A DNA stretch of 64,000 nt, taken from NCBI GenBank assembly GCA_964270895.1, contig OZ185435.1; one strand, given 5' to 3'. Each line of letters begins with the position of its first letter. Position 1 is the stretch's first letter. A program made the position numbers and the translations under genes. The notes below the pieces were generated by a model. The model ran no database searches. It was not told the origin of the DNA and worked only from the letters and a program-made list of their open reading frames with translations. Shown here piece after piece: positions 10,967-23,058 of this stretch. Origin of the DNA: Podarcis filfolensis. Its lineage: Eukaryota.

Positions 10967-12121
10967 GTCAGCTGCTGATTGGCTCATTTGTGCTGTATAT
11001 GATATTCTGTGACTCTGCAAGTGCTTCACTGGTACCATGCTCAAGTCTGTGCTTTCTTGCCCATTCTTCAGTATGTTCAAGTCCCCAGTTCATTCATAGT
11101 TTTACTTTGCTCTGGCATGTGCTGGAGATTGTAAGCATTTTTTTAACTATAGGATGCTGTTGCATATGAATAACTGCTATTATTTTGCTTTGATGTTCGT
11201 TTTTGTGATTGTTGCCTTAAAAATCCGTTCAAGAGGCAGGCTTACTAACTTGCAGATTTATTAATTTTGGCTGAAAAAAGTAAGCTTTTCCACTCATTCT
11301 TGATGGAAGTGGCTTAATTCACCACATGCTGCTTGTCCCCACCCCACTCCCCTTCAAACTGAAATATATTAAGGAACTAGAGAGGGTATCTGTATTGGCT
11401 CAGCATTGTGTCAGCTATTTGTGTGTCCATTAGTTTATCATAATCTAGTTGTCTTTTTGCACCATATACCAGTAACAATCAAAGGCAGCAGTATAACAAT
11501 AACTCTACTTTGAATGAATAATTATCAGATTTGATAGTTTTAAGCTAGGAGCTTTAGTTTGTAGTTTAGGATAAAATCATTTGTGTTACAAAGATGTGCC
11601 TCATGGAGCATGAAATAGTAGTCATCTCTGTATATTATTTGAAAACTAAAACTAAAAATATTTTGTCCATCAGTTACATTAATTAGATGAAAGTGATAGA
11701 TACATTGATAAAAAAAATTAAAACAAACAATTAATACTTCTATCAAGGAAAAAATTTACATGGTGAATTTAATGAAGATGTTTTCATATCTTCCTCATAA
11801 AAATGTCTTGATAATTTAAAATAATTTTAAATGTACAAGTGATTTTGATAGCCCTGCATGTTAGCTAACTGCATAGAAAGGAAAATAATCTGTGATCTTG
11901 ATGTTTGTAAGGTTGATGAAGATGATGTGCTGCCATTGATGCACTGTATTCATTTGTCATTCAACCATAAACATCAGTGTGTTAATGATAAGTCTTCCTA
12001 GATAGCTAGTTTATCATGTATATGCTTTTGCAGAAGTTCCCAGAAGTACTTGCTAGTTAGTTACAGAGTTCAGTATTGCAATAGATTGTTCTATATTCTT
12101 TTTTTGTACTTCCATTTTCAG

Positions 12122-12175
12122 GCTGATGATACCTACATCCAGCTGAAGAAAGATCTTGAATATTTGGATTTGAAG
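12122..12175 (+). CDS. PLEKHA7: PLEKHA7 exon (ADDTYIQLKKDLEYLDLK)
   Basis: ccattttcag acceptor and gtaaaa donor; 54 nt. Confidence 0.96.
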
Positions 12176-14643
12176 GTAAAACATGTTCATATAAAATATT
12201 CTAGTATTTTACAGTTGATCTATCCTCTATATACAACCTTCATTAGTGCATTTATGTTATAGTATCAGTTATCAATCCTTCGATATTCTGATTTCTTTTT
12301 TCTGTAACTGGAGTAAATTTTAAATGTAAAATACACTGGATATACAGTATAACATGACATCAAAACAGCCTCTTTATTTTGGAGAAAATCAGAGAGCCTC
12401 ATGCACTACTTGAAGGCACATCCACTCATGCAAGGAAATGTATTTTTGCCAGTTCCCCCTTCTACTGCACCCCCATGTCACAACAGATTTGTGCCAGGGG
12501 CTCAGTATTATCAGCTGCTAATAAACAGATGGTAGTGCTTGCTTCTTACTCTTTAATTCTATTTCTGCTAAAAACTGCCTGTTTTACTAATAATTATTTA
12601 TTCCCTTATTTGTTTACAATATTTGTATTACCTTATTTGCTATCAATTCCAAAGTCAGCTCCTAATAACTCAAAACACTAACAGTGTAGTTCACATTAAT
12701 AATAAAATATAAATGCCAGCATTAAAATATTTCATTAAAAATGGCAGCAACAGTAAAACTAGCAACAAAAAAAAGCAAAGCAAATAAAAAGCACCAATTT
12801 GACAAATGTTTATCATGACATTCTGGTACCTTCAATAGTTTGGTTTAGGAGTAGGAATAAAAATTAAATATAACAATGTTAACTAGAGTTAAATGTGAAT
12901 GCAGATACATGTTAATAATACTGTAATGTTTTACATGTTTAATCAGAAATCAGAGTGCTTGTATTTAATGATGTTTACTCCCAGATATGCGTGCAATTTA
13001 TACACTCACCTTAATTCTATTAGGACAGAAAAATAGAAATAAGTTTCTGAACATACCTTAACCTAGGCTATGTTTTCTGTTAGGAAATGTTTCCAAAGCA
13101 AATCTTTGGGGAGATGTGATTTCCTGATACTAAAAATAAAGGCTGTGGTTTGTGAAACAACACAACTATCATTTGAAGCTATTTGTTTGCAATATGCTCC
13201 GTACAGACCTAATTAAAACCCACAGTTAAGGGTGGCAGGGTAAAATTGTTTGCAAAGGGGAAGAATATAGAAAATAGAAAAGGCACATGCCTATAGCCTG
13301 TTATTAGTTCCCTAACCATAGTTCAAATGTAGTGTTGTATCTGGGAACATAGTCATAATGATATTTGCCCCTGGTCAGAGCAGATGGAGGCCCCAAAGCA
13401 ATACATTTTCTTAGAGTTTCTGGACTGCACATAAAATACAAAGACATATTTGAAAGGTTTATTTTTTAAAGTATTCCAAGATAGAAGGTTCCATTTTGAA
13501 ATTGTTGTTCTCTGCTTGAAGGTAAGTGGATGAGACATAGCTTTTTATTTTTATTTTTTAAAAAAAATACAGTTCAACAATACGATATGAAAGAAACGAA
13601 AACATAACATATATGAATTAAGCAGAACAAAACAGATACAGCAGCAGTTAACTAAATAGTGTTTAAAGGTAGTAGGAAAACATTTCCAAATTTATTCTCA
13701 CCAAAAAATTGTGTAAACAAAACAGATTTAACTTGGTGCTCAAAAGACAGCAGAGTAGATGCTATACAGATGTTTCTGGAGAAGAGTATTCTATAGAGGT
13801 AATCCTTGGTAGCTTCCTATTTAATCTGTAGACACGAGCCATTAACACCCAGAGAAACTTCACCAAACAATTAAATTCATACCTGAGAAGGCAGTCCTTT
13901 AGATCTTGGTCTTTGACCACATAGTGTTCTGTGGATCAACAGTATTTTGAATTGTGCCCAGAAACAAACTGAAACCCAGTGAAGATGTTTAAGTACTGAA
14001 ATAATATGTTTGCTATAAGTCTCAGTTAATAAACTGATTCATTTTCCGGACCATTTAAAGTTCTGAAAATGGTATTTATGGCCAGATATACTTTTCATCA
14101 ATTCCTGCTGGTGTGGCTGCATCACCTTCCACGAAAAGCTTATCTTGCCACAGTCATCTATGCCTTGTAAACCTCCAGGCTGGATCACTGCAGTGTGCTC
14201 TGTGTTAAGGATGTCTCCAAAAATCCTGAATACCTAAAAATCCTAACATATCCATACCATTTTGACTCTCAAGTAGAAAGCAGATAGGCTCAGGAAAACC
14301 ATGTCTGCATGATAACAGATTGTAATGATCTGATTTAGACGACCATTACTTTTCTAGTGCAACCTCATACATTACCACTCAGAAATAAGTTGTATTGAGT
14401 TCCATGGAACCTGCTCCCATGGAAGTAAGCATAGGATTGCAGTCTTAAATTCTAAAGAAATTTAATGTTAAATATCTAACATTCACCTCTTTAAAATATT
14501 CTATATATTTTGTATGTATATATATATTGGATAGCATAGGCAGCATTTCATGTAACATGCAGTTATTCCGATGATGGAATATCAAGGTAACTGTTGAGTC
14601 TTGTAATGGTTCTTGTTTTCTGTGTTTATGAATTAGGTACAGT

Positions 14644-14788
14644 CAGTGCTTTTTTCTGGGGGTACACAGGGGTACGCATACCCCTAAACATTTTGTGATT
14701 CTAAGTTTGGCCTCATTGAGGGTCAGTATTTCAATATGAGTAGGTAAATGAGAGTACCCCTAAACATTTTTAAAGAAAAAAAGCACTG
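14644..14788. mobile_element. hAT-like MITE (CAGTGCTTTTTT TIR family)
   Basis: TIR CAGTGCTTTTTT / AAAAAAGCACTG; flanks ggtacagt and ggtatggt match at 6 of 8. Confidence 0.8.
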
Positions 14789-15869
14789 GGTATGGTATGT
14801 TTTGAAGAATGTTGCTTTAAAAGCAGCTGCAGCATGAGTGATCCTGTAAAAGTTAAGTTTATAGTTCCTTGGTAGCCACTAATTTTTGTTGGTGGAGTTT
14901 GAAATAATGCTTTGGATGATATGCTGCATAGAATAAATTCAGTTCCTACTTTGTGACCAACAGTTGACAATATTAAAGACACGAAGGTGTGGAAAATAAA
15001 GTGAAGGAATTAATGTATATGCAGCCAATCAAGATGTTAAAAGAACTGTCATAGAATGCTGGATGGGAAGTCAAATAGAATTACTGTATAAGAATAGAAA
15101 AAGGTGCAATTGTAAAACTTGAAAACTTTTTAAATAAATAAATAAGAATAAATTCAGCTCCTAAATCAAGGCAAATTCAGGTTAGCCTGAGATATTCTCT
15201 TGAGCTGTTAATCTGAGGCTTGCCTGCTGTATCTTGTCATCACAGCAGTATCAAAGCACTCAGAATGTAGAAGAGGAAAGGAAAAGGAAGTAGAATATAC
15301 AAGTAATTACCTACAAATCATCTAGAGAGGCTGCAATCACATTTTATCTGCAACAATATCCTTCAGGTTTGGATGGCATGCACCCCATGGCAGTCCTCTT
15401 GCTGCTGAAGGGATCCTGGGGTGATCTGGGCTTTGATATGGTGCCATATTCTCCAAGGCTAATAATTCTTCCTTCCAGGATCCTTTCAGTGATGAAGGGC
15501 CACCAAAAGGGTCATTTGAAGAGGAAGACTAGCCTTAGAAGCCCTGAGAGTCCAGTTCCCTTTCTCACCTTTGCATTCAGTCTGTAGGGATTGTGGCCAT
15601 CTGCTCCCTTTCAGCCTGTTCTTCTTTCATCCTCTCCCTCTGCAAGTTTTGGATATTTGGTGGAAGGAAGAGGGAGTCCCCAATATTTGTATGCACTGGT
15701 AGTAGGAGGTATGTTTTGTTGCTAAAGACTCTGTGCTTCCATGCCTTCTCAGTGTTTAGACACAAGGACACAAATAATGCACACAAATCATGTTTTCTTT
15801 ATTCATTCATTGGAGGAGGTTGGTAGATAAGCCTAATGCCCTGAATTTCTTAACTGTTATGCTAGCAAT

Positions 15870-16770
15870 CAGAACATACAGATGCAAGCAGGAGTTGAGC
15901 AAAAGAGCACACTCTCTGGTTTCTAGAGACTGGTATTCAGAACCATAGTACTTCCTTTGACCATGAAAGCAGAGAATAGCTTCCATTATGGCTAATAGAC
16001 ATTGATAGACTTATCTAAGAATTTTGTCTAACCCTTTTCTAAAGCCAACCAAGTTGATGACTATCACTGCAAGTTCCAGAGTTAACTACGTGCTACGTGA
16101 AGAAATCCTTTCTTTTATGTGTCCTGAATCTTCCAACATTCAGCTTCCTTGGATGTCCATGAGTTCCAAGGTTATGTGCGAGAGAGAAACTTTTCTCTCT
16201 CCACTTTCTCCATGCCATTCATAATTTTATAAACTTCAACCATGTCACTACTTATTCACCTTTTCTAAAGTCCCATATAGTGCAACCTTTTCTCTTGGGG
16301 GAGCTGCTCCATCTCCTTGATCTTTTTGGTTGCCCTTTTCTGAACCTGTTCCAACTCTACAATATCATTTTTGAGGTGAGGAGACAAGAACTGTACACAG
16401 TATTCCAAAGGCAGTCACACCATAGATTTGTATTATGATATCAGTTTTATTTTCAGTTCATTTCCTAATGATCCCTAGCTTGGAATTTGCCTTTTTCACA
16501 GCTGCCACACACTGGATTTACATCTTCATTCAGCTATTGACTATGACCCCAAGGTCTTGCTCCTTGGCCATTCACTACCAGTTCAGACCACATAAGTGTA
16601 GATGTAAAATAAATATTTTTTGCTGCAAAGAATCTTTGGAGCATTTACATTGATTTGCATTTTCCATTTTGACACCCATTCATTCAGTTTGGAGATGTCC
16701 TTTTGGAGCTCTTCACAATCTGTTTTTGTTTCAATAACCCTGAATTACTTAGTATCATCAGCAAACTTGG
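15870..16770 (-). mobile_element. CR1 LINE fragment (RT C-terminus and 3' region)
   Basis: Typical antisense CR1 text (agaactgtacacagtattccaaa, ttgcccttttctgaacc, tagtatcatcagcaaactt). Boundaries approximate. Confidence 0.8.
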
Positions 16771-17023
16771 GAAAAGAGCACATGAGAAGCAAAAAATGCT
16801 TTTACGTCTCCCCCACCACCACCTGTCCTTCCCACCACTCCAGTTTCCAAGAAATGTGTGAAAGTCAACTAACTATGGAGTGTTGAACTGCAGCAAGGAG
16901 AAGTAATGCTGCTAAAAATAATAGTATACATATATTTTTATTTTCCTGTTTTGTTGTTTATTGGCTTCTAGTGTCAATTTTTCCTCTATAACAAGATATG
17001 TATTAAAATTTTGTTTGAAACAG

Positions 17024-17104
17024 ATAAAAAATAATGGACCTCTGATCAACATGGTTTACAAAGTTCTAAAGAGCTCAGCACAAGGGTTACTATCCAGTAT
17101 AAAT
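17024..17104 (+). CDS. PLEKHA7: PLEKHA7 probable cassette exon (IKNNGPLINMVYKVLKSSAQGLLSSIN)
   Basis: tttgtttgaaacag acceptor and gtaaga donor; 81 nt, phase 0 to 0. Resembles IKNNEPLINVLYKVLK, recalled from a longer mammalian isoform. Confidence 0.85.
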
Positions 17105-18638
17105 GTAAGAGTGCCTGTAACGGAAATGTAACCATTCCATTGCTTTCTTCAGTGGCAGTTAATGTTTAAATGGCTAAGCATCCACAGGTGTCTCATGATA
17201 CATACGACACCACAGCTTTCTGCAAGATGTGTGTTTTTGGAGGCTTTGTGCAATATTATGGCTGGCACAGTACTGCTTGATTTTATTTTCTCATGTGTTG
17301 GAAACTAGTGGTGATTCCATTTCTATAATTATGAAAATACAGAAGCATGCTAATTTTGTTTTGATTTTGCTGCTTTGACAATGAGTTGATTTTACGTGTA
17401 CTGTTATATGATATAATTGCATATTTTTTCCTTGGCTCACTGTGCACTGTATACCTTTTAGATTTCAGATCAGTTCCCTTGCTTGCATATTTGTTGTTAT
17501 ACTGATTACTTACATTCTGTTATACCAATATATAGTATGTGTTGCTTATCTTAGAAAGTTTTAAATCCACACAATATTCTAGGTGGCAGTTTAAAAGGAA
17601 ATGGTGCTTTACTGCAATAAAAAAAACCTAAATCTAAATATTGCCAAAAGGCAATAAGCCCTCCTGTATTTGATTATTTGGTTTCCATTTTATCAGTTTA
17701 CAATGATGGGAACTTGAAGATGGAGCTGTGACAAATAGTCATGAATGGTAAATAGAACTAATAATAGTACTAATAATAATTCCAGCTTTTTTATAGCGCC
17801 TTCTGAATGTTCAAAGGCTTCACATACATTTTTCTCAGTAAACTTTGTAACGATCTTATACGGAAGGTCAGAATTATTACATCACCTTGCAGTCACATGG
17901 CTGCAGCTGAAACAGTACCTTTTATAAGGCTACCTAGTGTAATAATGCACAAGGTGAGTTTTGAACAAGACATTTTCTGGCTGACTACTTGTTCTCTTAG
18001 CCGTTATACTAACTACTATCTTCTGCCTCAAGAGTTAAATACCATTTTCATATCCTTTGGGTAAATCATGATGGCTTGGCCTCTGAGGTGATTTCATGTG
18101 GTGAAAATAAAAATATATTTCAGTTGTAAAAAACAACAACCCAGTAACATTCATTATTACATTTCTTGTTTGGGTTTTGTATGTAGCATTCGTGAAATAT
18201 GTAAATATACATATATGTACATGGGTGCATGTGCTGAGAAACTGGGAAACACTTCTTGTAGCACCAGATTTGTTACAGATGAGGCGCGAGGAACCTCAGA
18301 CCTGGGATTGAATGCTTCCCTCCAGGCCCTCATATCTGACCCTTGGAAGTCTGGCCCTGTTTCACGCCCCAAGTATTTTGTGTGGCTGGAATGTGTCCTT
18401 GAACTCTGATAATGCCTCCTGCTTGCCTGGATGGGTGATAAAGAGATTGCCGGGAGGAGGGGACAGGGCATGGGGCTAGCCTAGTGTACAGATATAAAAT
18501 TAACATTCATTGTTCCATTCACTTTTGCCTCTAGCCCTGCTCATTACTGCATGTCTCCCTTGAAATGTTGGCCAGAAGGGAATGCAGCCCTTAGACAAGG
18601 GCTATAGGGCTATAACCAGGTTGTAGGCCAAACATATA

Positions 18639-18879
18639 CACTGGTACCTCGGTTTAAGAACAGCCCTGTTTACGAACTATTCAATTTACGAACTCCGCAA
18701 AACTGGAAGTAGTGTCCCAGTTTGCGAACTTTACCTCGGTCTAAGAATGGAAGCCGAACAGTGGAAGGGCACCAGCGGCAAGAAACCTCATTAGGGAAAG
18801 TGTGTCTTGGTTTAAGAACCGTTTCGGTTTAAGAACTGACTTCCATAACAGATTAAGTTTGTAAACCAAGGTACCACTG
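18639..18879. mobile_element. Tc1/mariner (Tigger/pogo-like) MITE
   Basis: TA|cactggtacctcgg ... ccaaggtaccactg|TA. Confidence 0.85.
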
Positions 18880-20156
18880 TATTCTATTCACTTGAGAATT
18901 TTGTCTGATCTATTAGGATGGTTGCACATTCCACTCCTGTCTCTACTACCCCCCCTCACTTTACTGTGGGTCTGCTCACAATGCTGGGTCCATCCATCCA
19001 TTCATCGCATCCATCCATTGCTCTTTTTATCCTGTATAGTGCAGGAACATAACACCTTATAGGGTCAGTATTTCTCTTCCAGCTACCAGCAGCATATTGC
19101 AGGTGAACATTTTTTGCATAAGGAAGTTTATCATTTGGAACCCAACCAAATTTGAAAGAATTGTTGTGCATGTGGATCCTCCATGAAACACTTTGGATCA
19201 GGGTCAATATATCAGGCTGCTATACCAGCAAAGAACTGGTGACGTTTATGGGTATTAAAACAATTTAAAACAATGTGTTTTTGAAAAAAAGCCCAAGAAA
19301 CCTAACCTTTGAAATAGAACCACGGATGTTTAATTTTCAGCATTAAGAAATCAAAGAATTAGTGCTGGGAGGATGTAATCCAGCAAAATCTGCTGTGCTG
19401 TGTTAATATAAAATGGATTTGTTTAGAAATTTTGTATAAGAATCATAGAATGCGTGAAGATATAAATAATGCTGACTTTGCCCCGTTTGTTAAGAATTCA
19501 CATTGCTGCTATAAAACTTTAAAGGTAAATTAAACAACCATATTTTAAAAGATCCCAAATTTTATATAAGATGTTTGTAATACTACTAGTGTAGGCAACA
19601 TCATCATATGGGGATATATCTGTGGTGAAGAATCTGCTCCTTCCTAAGCCCTACCAGGCTTGTGCTGGCTGCCCACGGGAGATGATAGTGGGTGGCTTCT
19701 TTCTTTTCCCCTCCCTTCATTTTGCTATTAAAAAACAAACAAAACAAAAATTTCTATTGGTTTCAATGGGCAGGAAAATAACTGTGGTAGCTTCAGGGCT
19801 GGTGTAGTTTTTCTGTCTTATTGGGAGAATGGGAAATCTGTAGATCCTATGTGTCCAAGGCCTCTTGGATCTGTCTCAATAAGCTCTTTTCTTCTCTTAC
19901 TACTGTCAAAGTAATGGCGACAGACCTTGCTGCTTCTGCACTAAGGAGACCTCTGGTTGCAGTCCTCCTCCTCCATCTGCAGACTACCCTCTAGGTCCAC
20001 AGCATCCAGAGGCCCTTCTGCTGCCTCCCAAGGAGCTTAGATTCCTCCTTAAATAATCTTAAAATATAGAGGGAATTAGTAAAGTTTTCTCCAGACCGTT
20101 TTTGTTTATGACCAACTTTTAATTTTACTTTCAAATCTTTATTTTTGATTTTTTAG

Positions 20157-20225
20157 GTAACAGGGCGTGATACAATAAAAGAACGAAATGCGAAACCCAT
20201 CAGGATTGGAGAAAGTGATATTGAT
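20157..20225 (+). CDS. PLEKHA7: PLEKHA7 exon (VTGRDTIKERNAKPIRIGESDID)
   Basis: Long U-tract acceptor and gtaaga donor; 69 nt. Confidence 0.92.
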
Positions 20226-20325
20226 GTAAGAATAAAGCATAATTTTACTGAGGATGCAGTTGTCCTGATGAATCCAGTTCTGTTTTATTATTCTAATCTT
20301 TTTTTATATACATTCTTGTTTGTAG

Positions 20326-20406
20326 GTGAAACTAAGTGTTCTGTGTGAACAAGACAGGATTCTACAAGACCTAGAAGACAAAATAAGAGCCCTGAAGGAA
20401 AATAAA
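20326..20406 (+). CDS. PLEKHA7: PLEKHA7 exon, coiled coil (VKLSVLCEQDRILQDLEDKIRALKENK)
   Basis: tttgtag acceptor and gtaaat donor; 81 nt. Confidence 0.96.
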
Positions 20407-21027
20407 GTAAATAGTATTGCAATCCCTCCATTGCCTTGTTTCTCTAACAGGTTTTGCAGTAAAATATGGCAATCACTGTAGTTACTGCAATTGCTTATTT
20501 TGGATAGTATGCTCAACTGCTGTGTTCATTGATGGGAACAGGGTTGAGGTGAAAATAGGATGCATTATTAAAATACAGTGATTTGGCAAATAGATGTCAC
20601 ACCATGTTTTGCTTGCAAGCCCCGCTGCTGGGTATGGAATTGGAATTAGAATGATCAAGGCAGAGGTCAACAATGGTTGATAACTGCTGTCCATAATCAA
20701 CTTTTTGGAGATGAGGTCTGAAATTTCCCATGTTGTAATATTGCATTGAGTAGCTAAATTCTGTTTTCTGATACTTATCTAACCAAATGAGGACGATAGT
20801 AGATGCTGGTAGCATCATTAATAACATAGAATAAAAGTGAACAAGAACTAAGGCTGATTTGAGGTTAATAATATGGTAAAAAGAAAATAACAGCTCAATC
20901 CTATGCATATCTCCCTCAGATAATATGCATATATATTTCCAGGGCTAAAGGTCAGTTAGATATGTGTATAAATTTGTTTAAAATTTGCTGATGTGTTGCT
21001 TTTCAATATCTTTTAAATCTTCTACAG

Positions 21028-21177
21028 GATCAGTTGGAATCTGTCCTGGAAGTGCTGCATAGGCAGATGGAACAATACAAAGAGCAACCACAGCACACAG
21101 AAAAGATTTCATACCAGCAGAAACTTTTGCAGGAGGATCTCGTACATATTCGGGCAGAAATATCCAAAGTATCTACA
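21028..21177 (+). CDS. PLEKHA7: PLEKHA7 exon, coiled coil (DQLESVLEVLHRQMEQY...LVHIRAEISKVST)
   Basis: cttctacag acceptor and gtaagt donor; 150 nt. Confidence 0.96.
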
Positions 21178-21550
21178 GTAAGTAATTCCTAGAGATACAA
21201 AAGTTAACTTATAGACAAATATTTTAGTGTTCAGTCATTTTAATTCTATTTTCATGGCAGACCCACTGAAATGGGTTCGTTTTTTTAAAAATTGCTATAG
21301 TACTTCCAGAGTTGAGCTCTTAAGGGATCCTCACGGTTTTGGAGCCAGTGAATCCAAAGCCATAGTAAATTTTCTTTAGGCCCAGTCTTTTCTTATATGC
21401 TTAGAATAATGCCTCATCAGTTTCAGTGGGTATAATTTCCAAGTAAGAATGCATAGTTTTGTAAGCTAAAGTATATTTGTTTTTGGTATAAACAGCATAA
21501 AGTAGTTGCTTTAATGCTTAGATCAACCTGCAGCATTTTATATCTTTTAT

Positions 21551-22130
21551 TGTTTGTTTGTTTGTTTGTTTGTTTGTTTGTTTATGTATTTCACAAGATG
21601 TAAATACAGTGGTACCTTGGGTTAAGAACTTAATTCGTTCTGGAGGTCCGTTCTTAACCTGAAACTGTTCTTAACCTGAAGCACCACTTTAGCTAATGCG
21701 GCCTCCAGCTGCTGCCGCACCACCGGAGCACGATTTCTGTTCTCATCCTGAAGCAAAGTTCTTAACCCGAGGTACTATTTCTGGGTTAGCGGAGTCTGTA
21801 ACTTGAGGCCTCTGTAACCTGAGGTACCACTGTACTGCTTAATTGTACTAAAACCTCAAAACGGTTTACAAAAAGAATGAAACAATAAATTATCAGTGAA
21901 AAGCAGTTTAAAACAACTATTTAAAACATTGAAAAAATAATTAGAATCAACAATAAGCTAAAAACCAGATTAAAACTCATGTCAGCATTCTAGTTTTCTG
22001 AATAGGTTTTCCTAAACAAATATGTTTTTAGCAGGCACCGAAAACAGTACCATGAAAGTGCGTGACTGATGTCAATAGGCAGGGAGTTCCAAAGTTTGGG
22101 TGCTGCCACACAAATATCTTTCAAGGCATT
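21551..22130 (-). mobile_element. L2 LINE 3' end with (TTTG)n tail
   Basis: Minus strand encodes VAAPKLWNSLPIDI near 22070-22110; the tail microsatellite starts near 21551. Confidence 0.7.
21607..21832. mobile_element. Tc1/mariner MITE nested in an L2 3' end
   Basis: TA|cagtggtaccttgggtt ... cctgaggtaccactg|TA. Confidence 0.88.
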
Positions 22131-22956
22131 GGGGAGCATCATCTCACACAGTGAAGCATTAATGATGCTCTAGACCCAACCAGTCAGACCCCCCTCTGCT
22201 AGATTTAATAAGCCAGGAGGGATAGGGGTCCAGAGGCCAGCTGAAACTGAACTCACAACACATCATTGATTCTGGCACTGGTTACGTCAACCAGAGTGGC
22301 AACAATTGCAGAGTCAATATCACTCTGAACTCTAGAGACTTTATCTTTAGAGTGTGTAGCCAGTTGATCCCAGTGGGTCCTCAAATGTTCCAGATGTCCC
22401 TCCCCACAATGTGAGTCAGTAACCTCTGAACTGTCTAAAAGAATTCCATCAGCCGCCTTCTAGAGGATGCAATGCAAACTGCAAAATGAGCCTTCTTCAC
22501 AGCTGATACTGCTGCATGGTAAACACAATTATGTGCTCTGAACAGTGTCCCATCAGCTTTAAAGTGAGGCGTGCATTAGTTGTGCTCTAGTCTTTGTCTG
22601 GCTTGTTTCATATCCTGGAGCTCCCCAGAATACCAAGATGTTACTCTGGCTCCATAGTGCTGGAGAGGACATGTGGGAGCATAGCGAGATCAGGGCTTTG
22701 ACAGGCTCATTAGCTTTATCCACTGGGAAATATCATCATCATCCTGCCTTTTTCTCTGAGAGGGACTCAAGGTGACTTACAGACAAAACTGAAACAGCTA
22801 AAAACATAGGTGGGGGGCATATTCAGTCTCCCAGAGCATTCAGGAACACCTCAGGTTCCATCTTTCTCTAAGGGTGGGGAATCCATATGGACCCACCACA
22901 CACACAGGATGGTGGGGATGAAAGGATAAAGCTGAATATTTTGTCTTTGCCAACAG

Positions 22957-23058
22957 GAAATGGAAAATGCCTGGAATGAATATCTGAAACTGGAAAAAGA
23001 TGTACACCAGCTGAAGCAAGCCTTACAGGAACAAATGAACAGATCGTTTTTTTCTCAG
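22957..23058 (+). CDS. PLEKHA7: PLEKHA7 exon, coiled coil (EMENAWNEYLKLEKDVHQLKQALQEQMNRSFFSQ)
   Basis: ccaacag acceptor and gtgagg donor; 102 nt. Confidence 0.96.

Noticed and set aside
11072-11130. Possible exon cag|TATGTTCAAG...GAGATT|gtaagc
   Set aside because: About 59 nt, frame-breaking and with no recognised homology; too weak to separate from chance.
17697-17747. Possible exon after gtttccattttatcag ending ATG|gtaaat
   Set aside because: The phase-0 frame hits TGA after six codons, and there is no other support.
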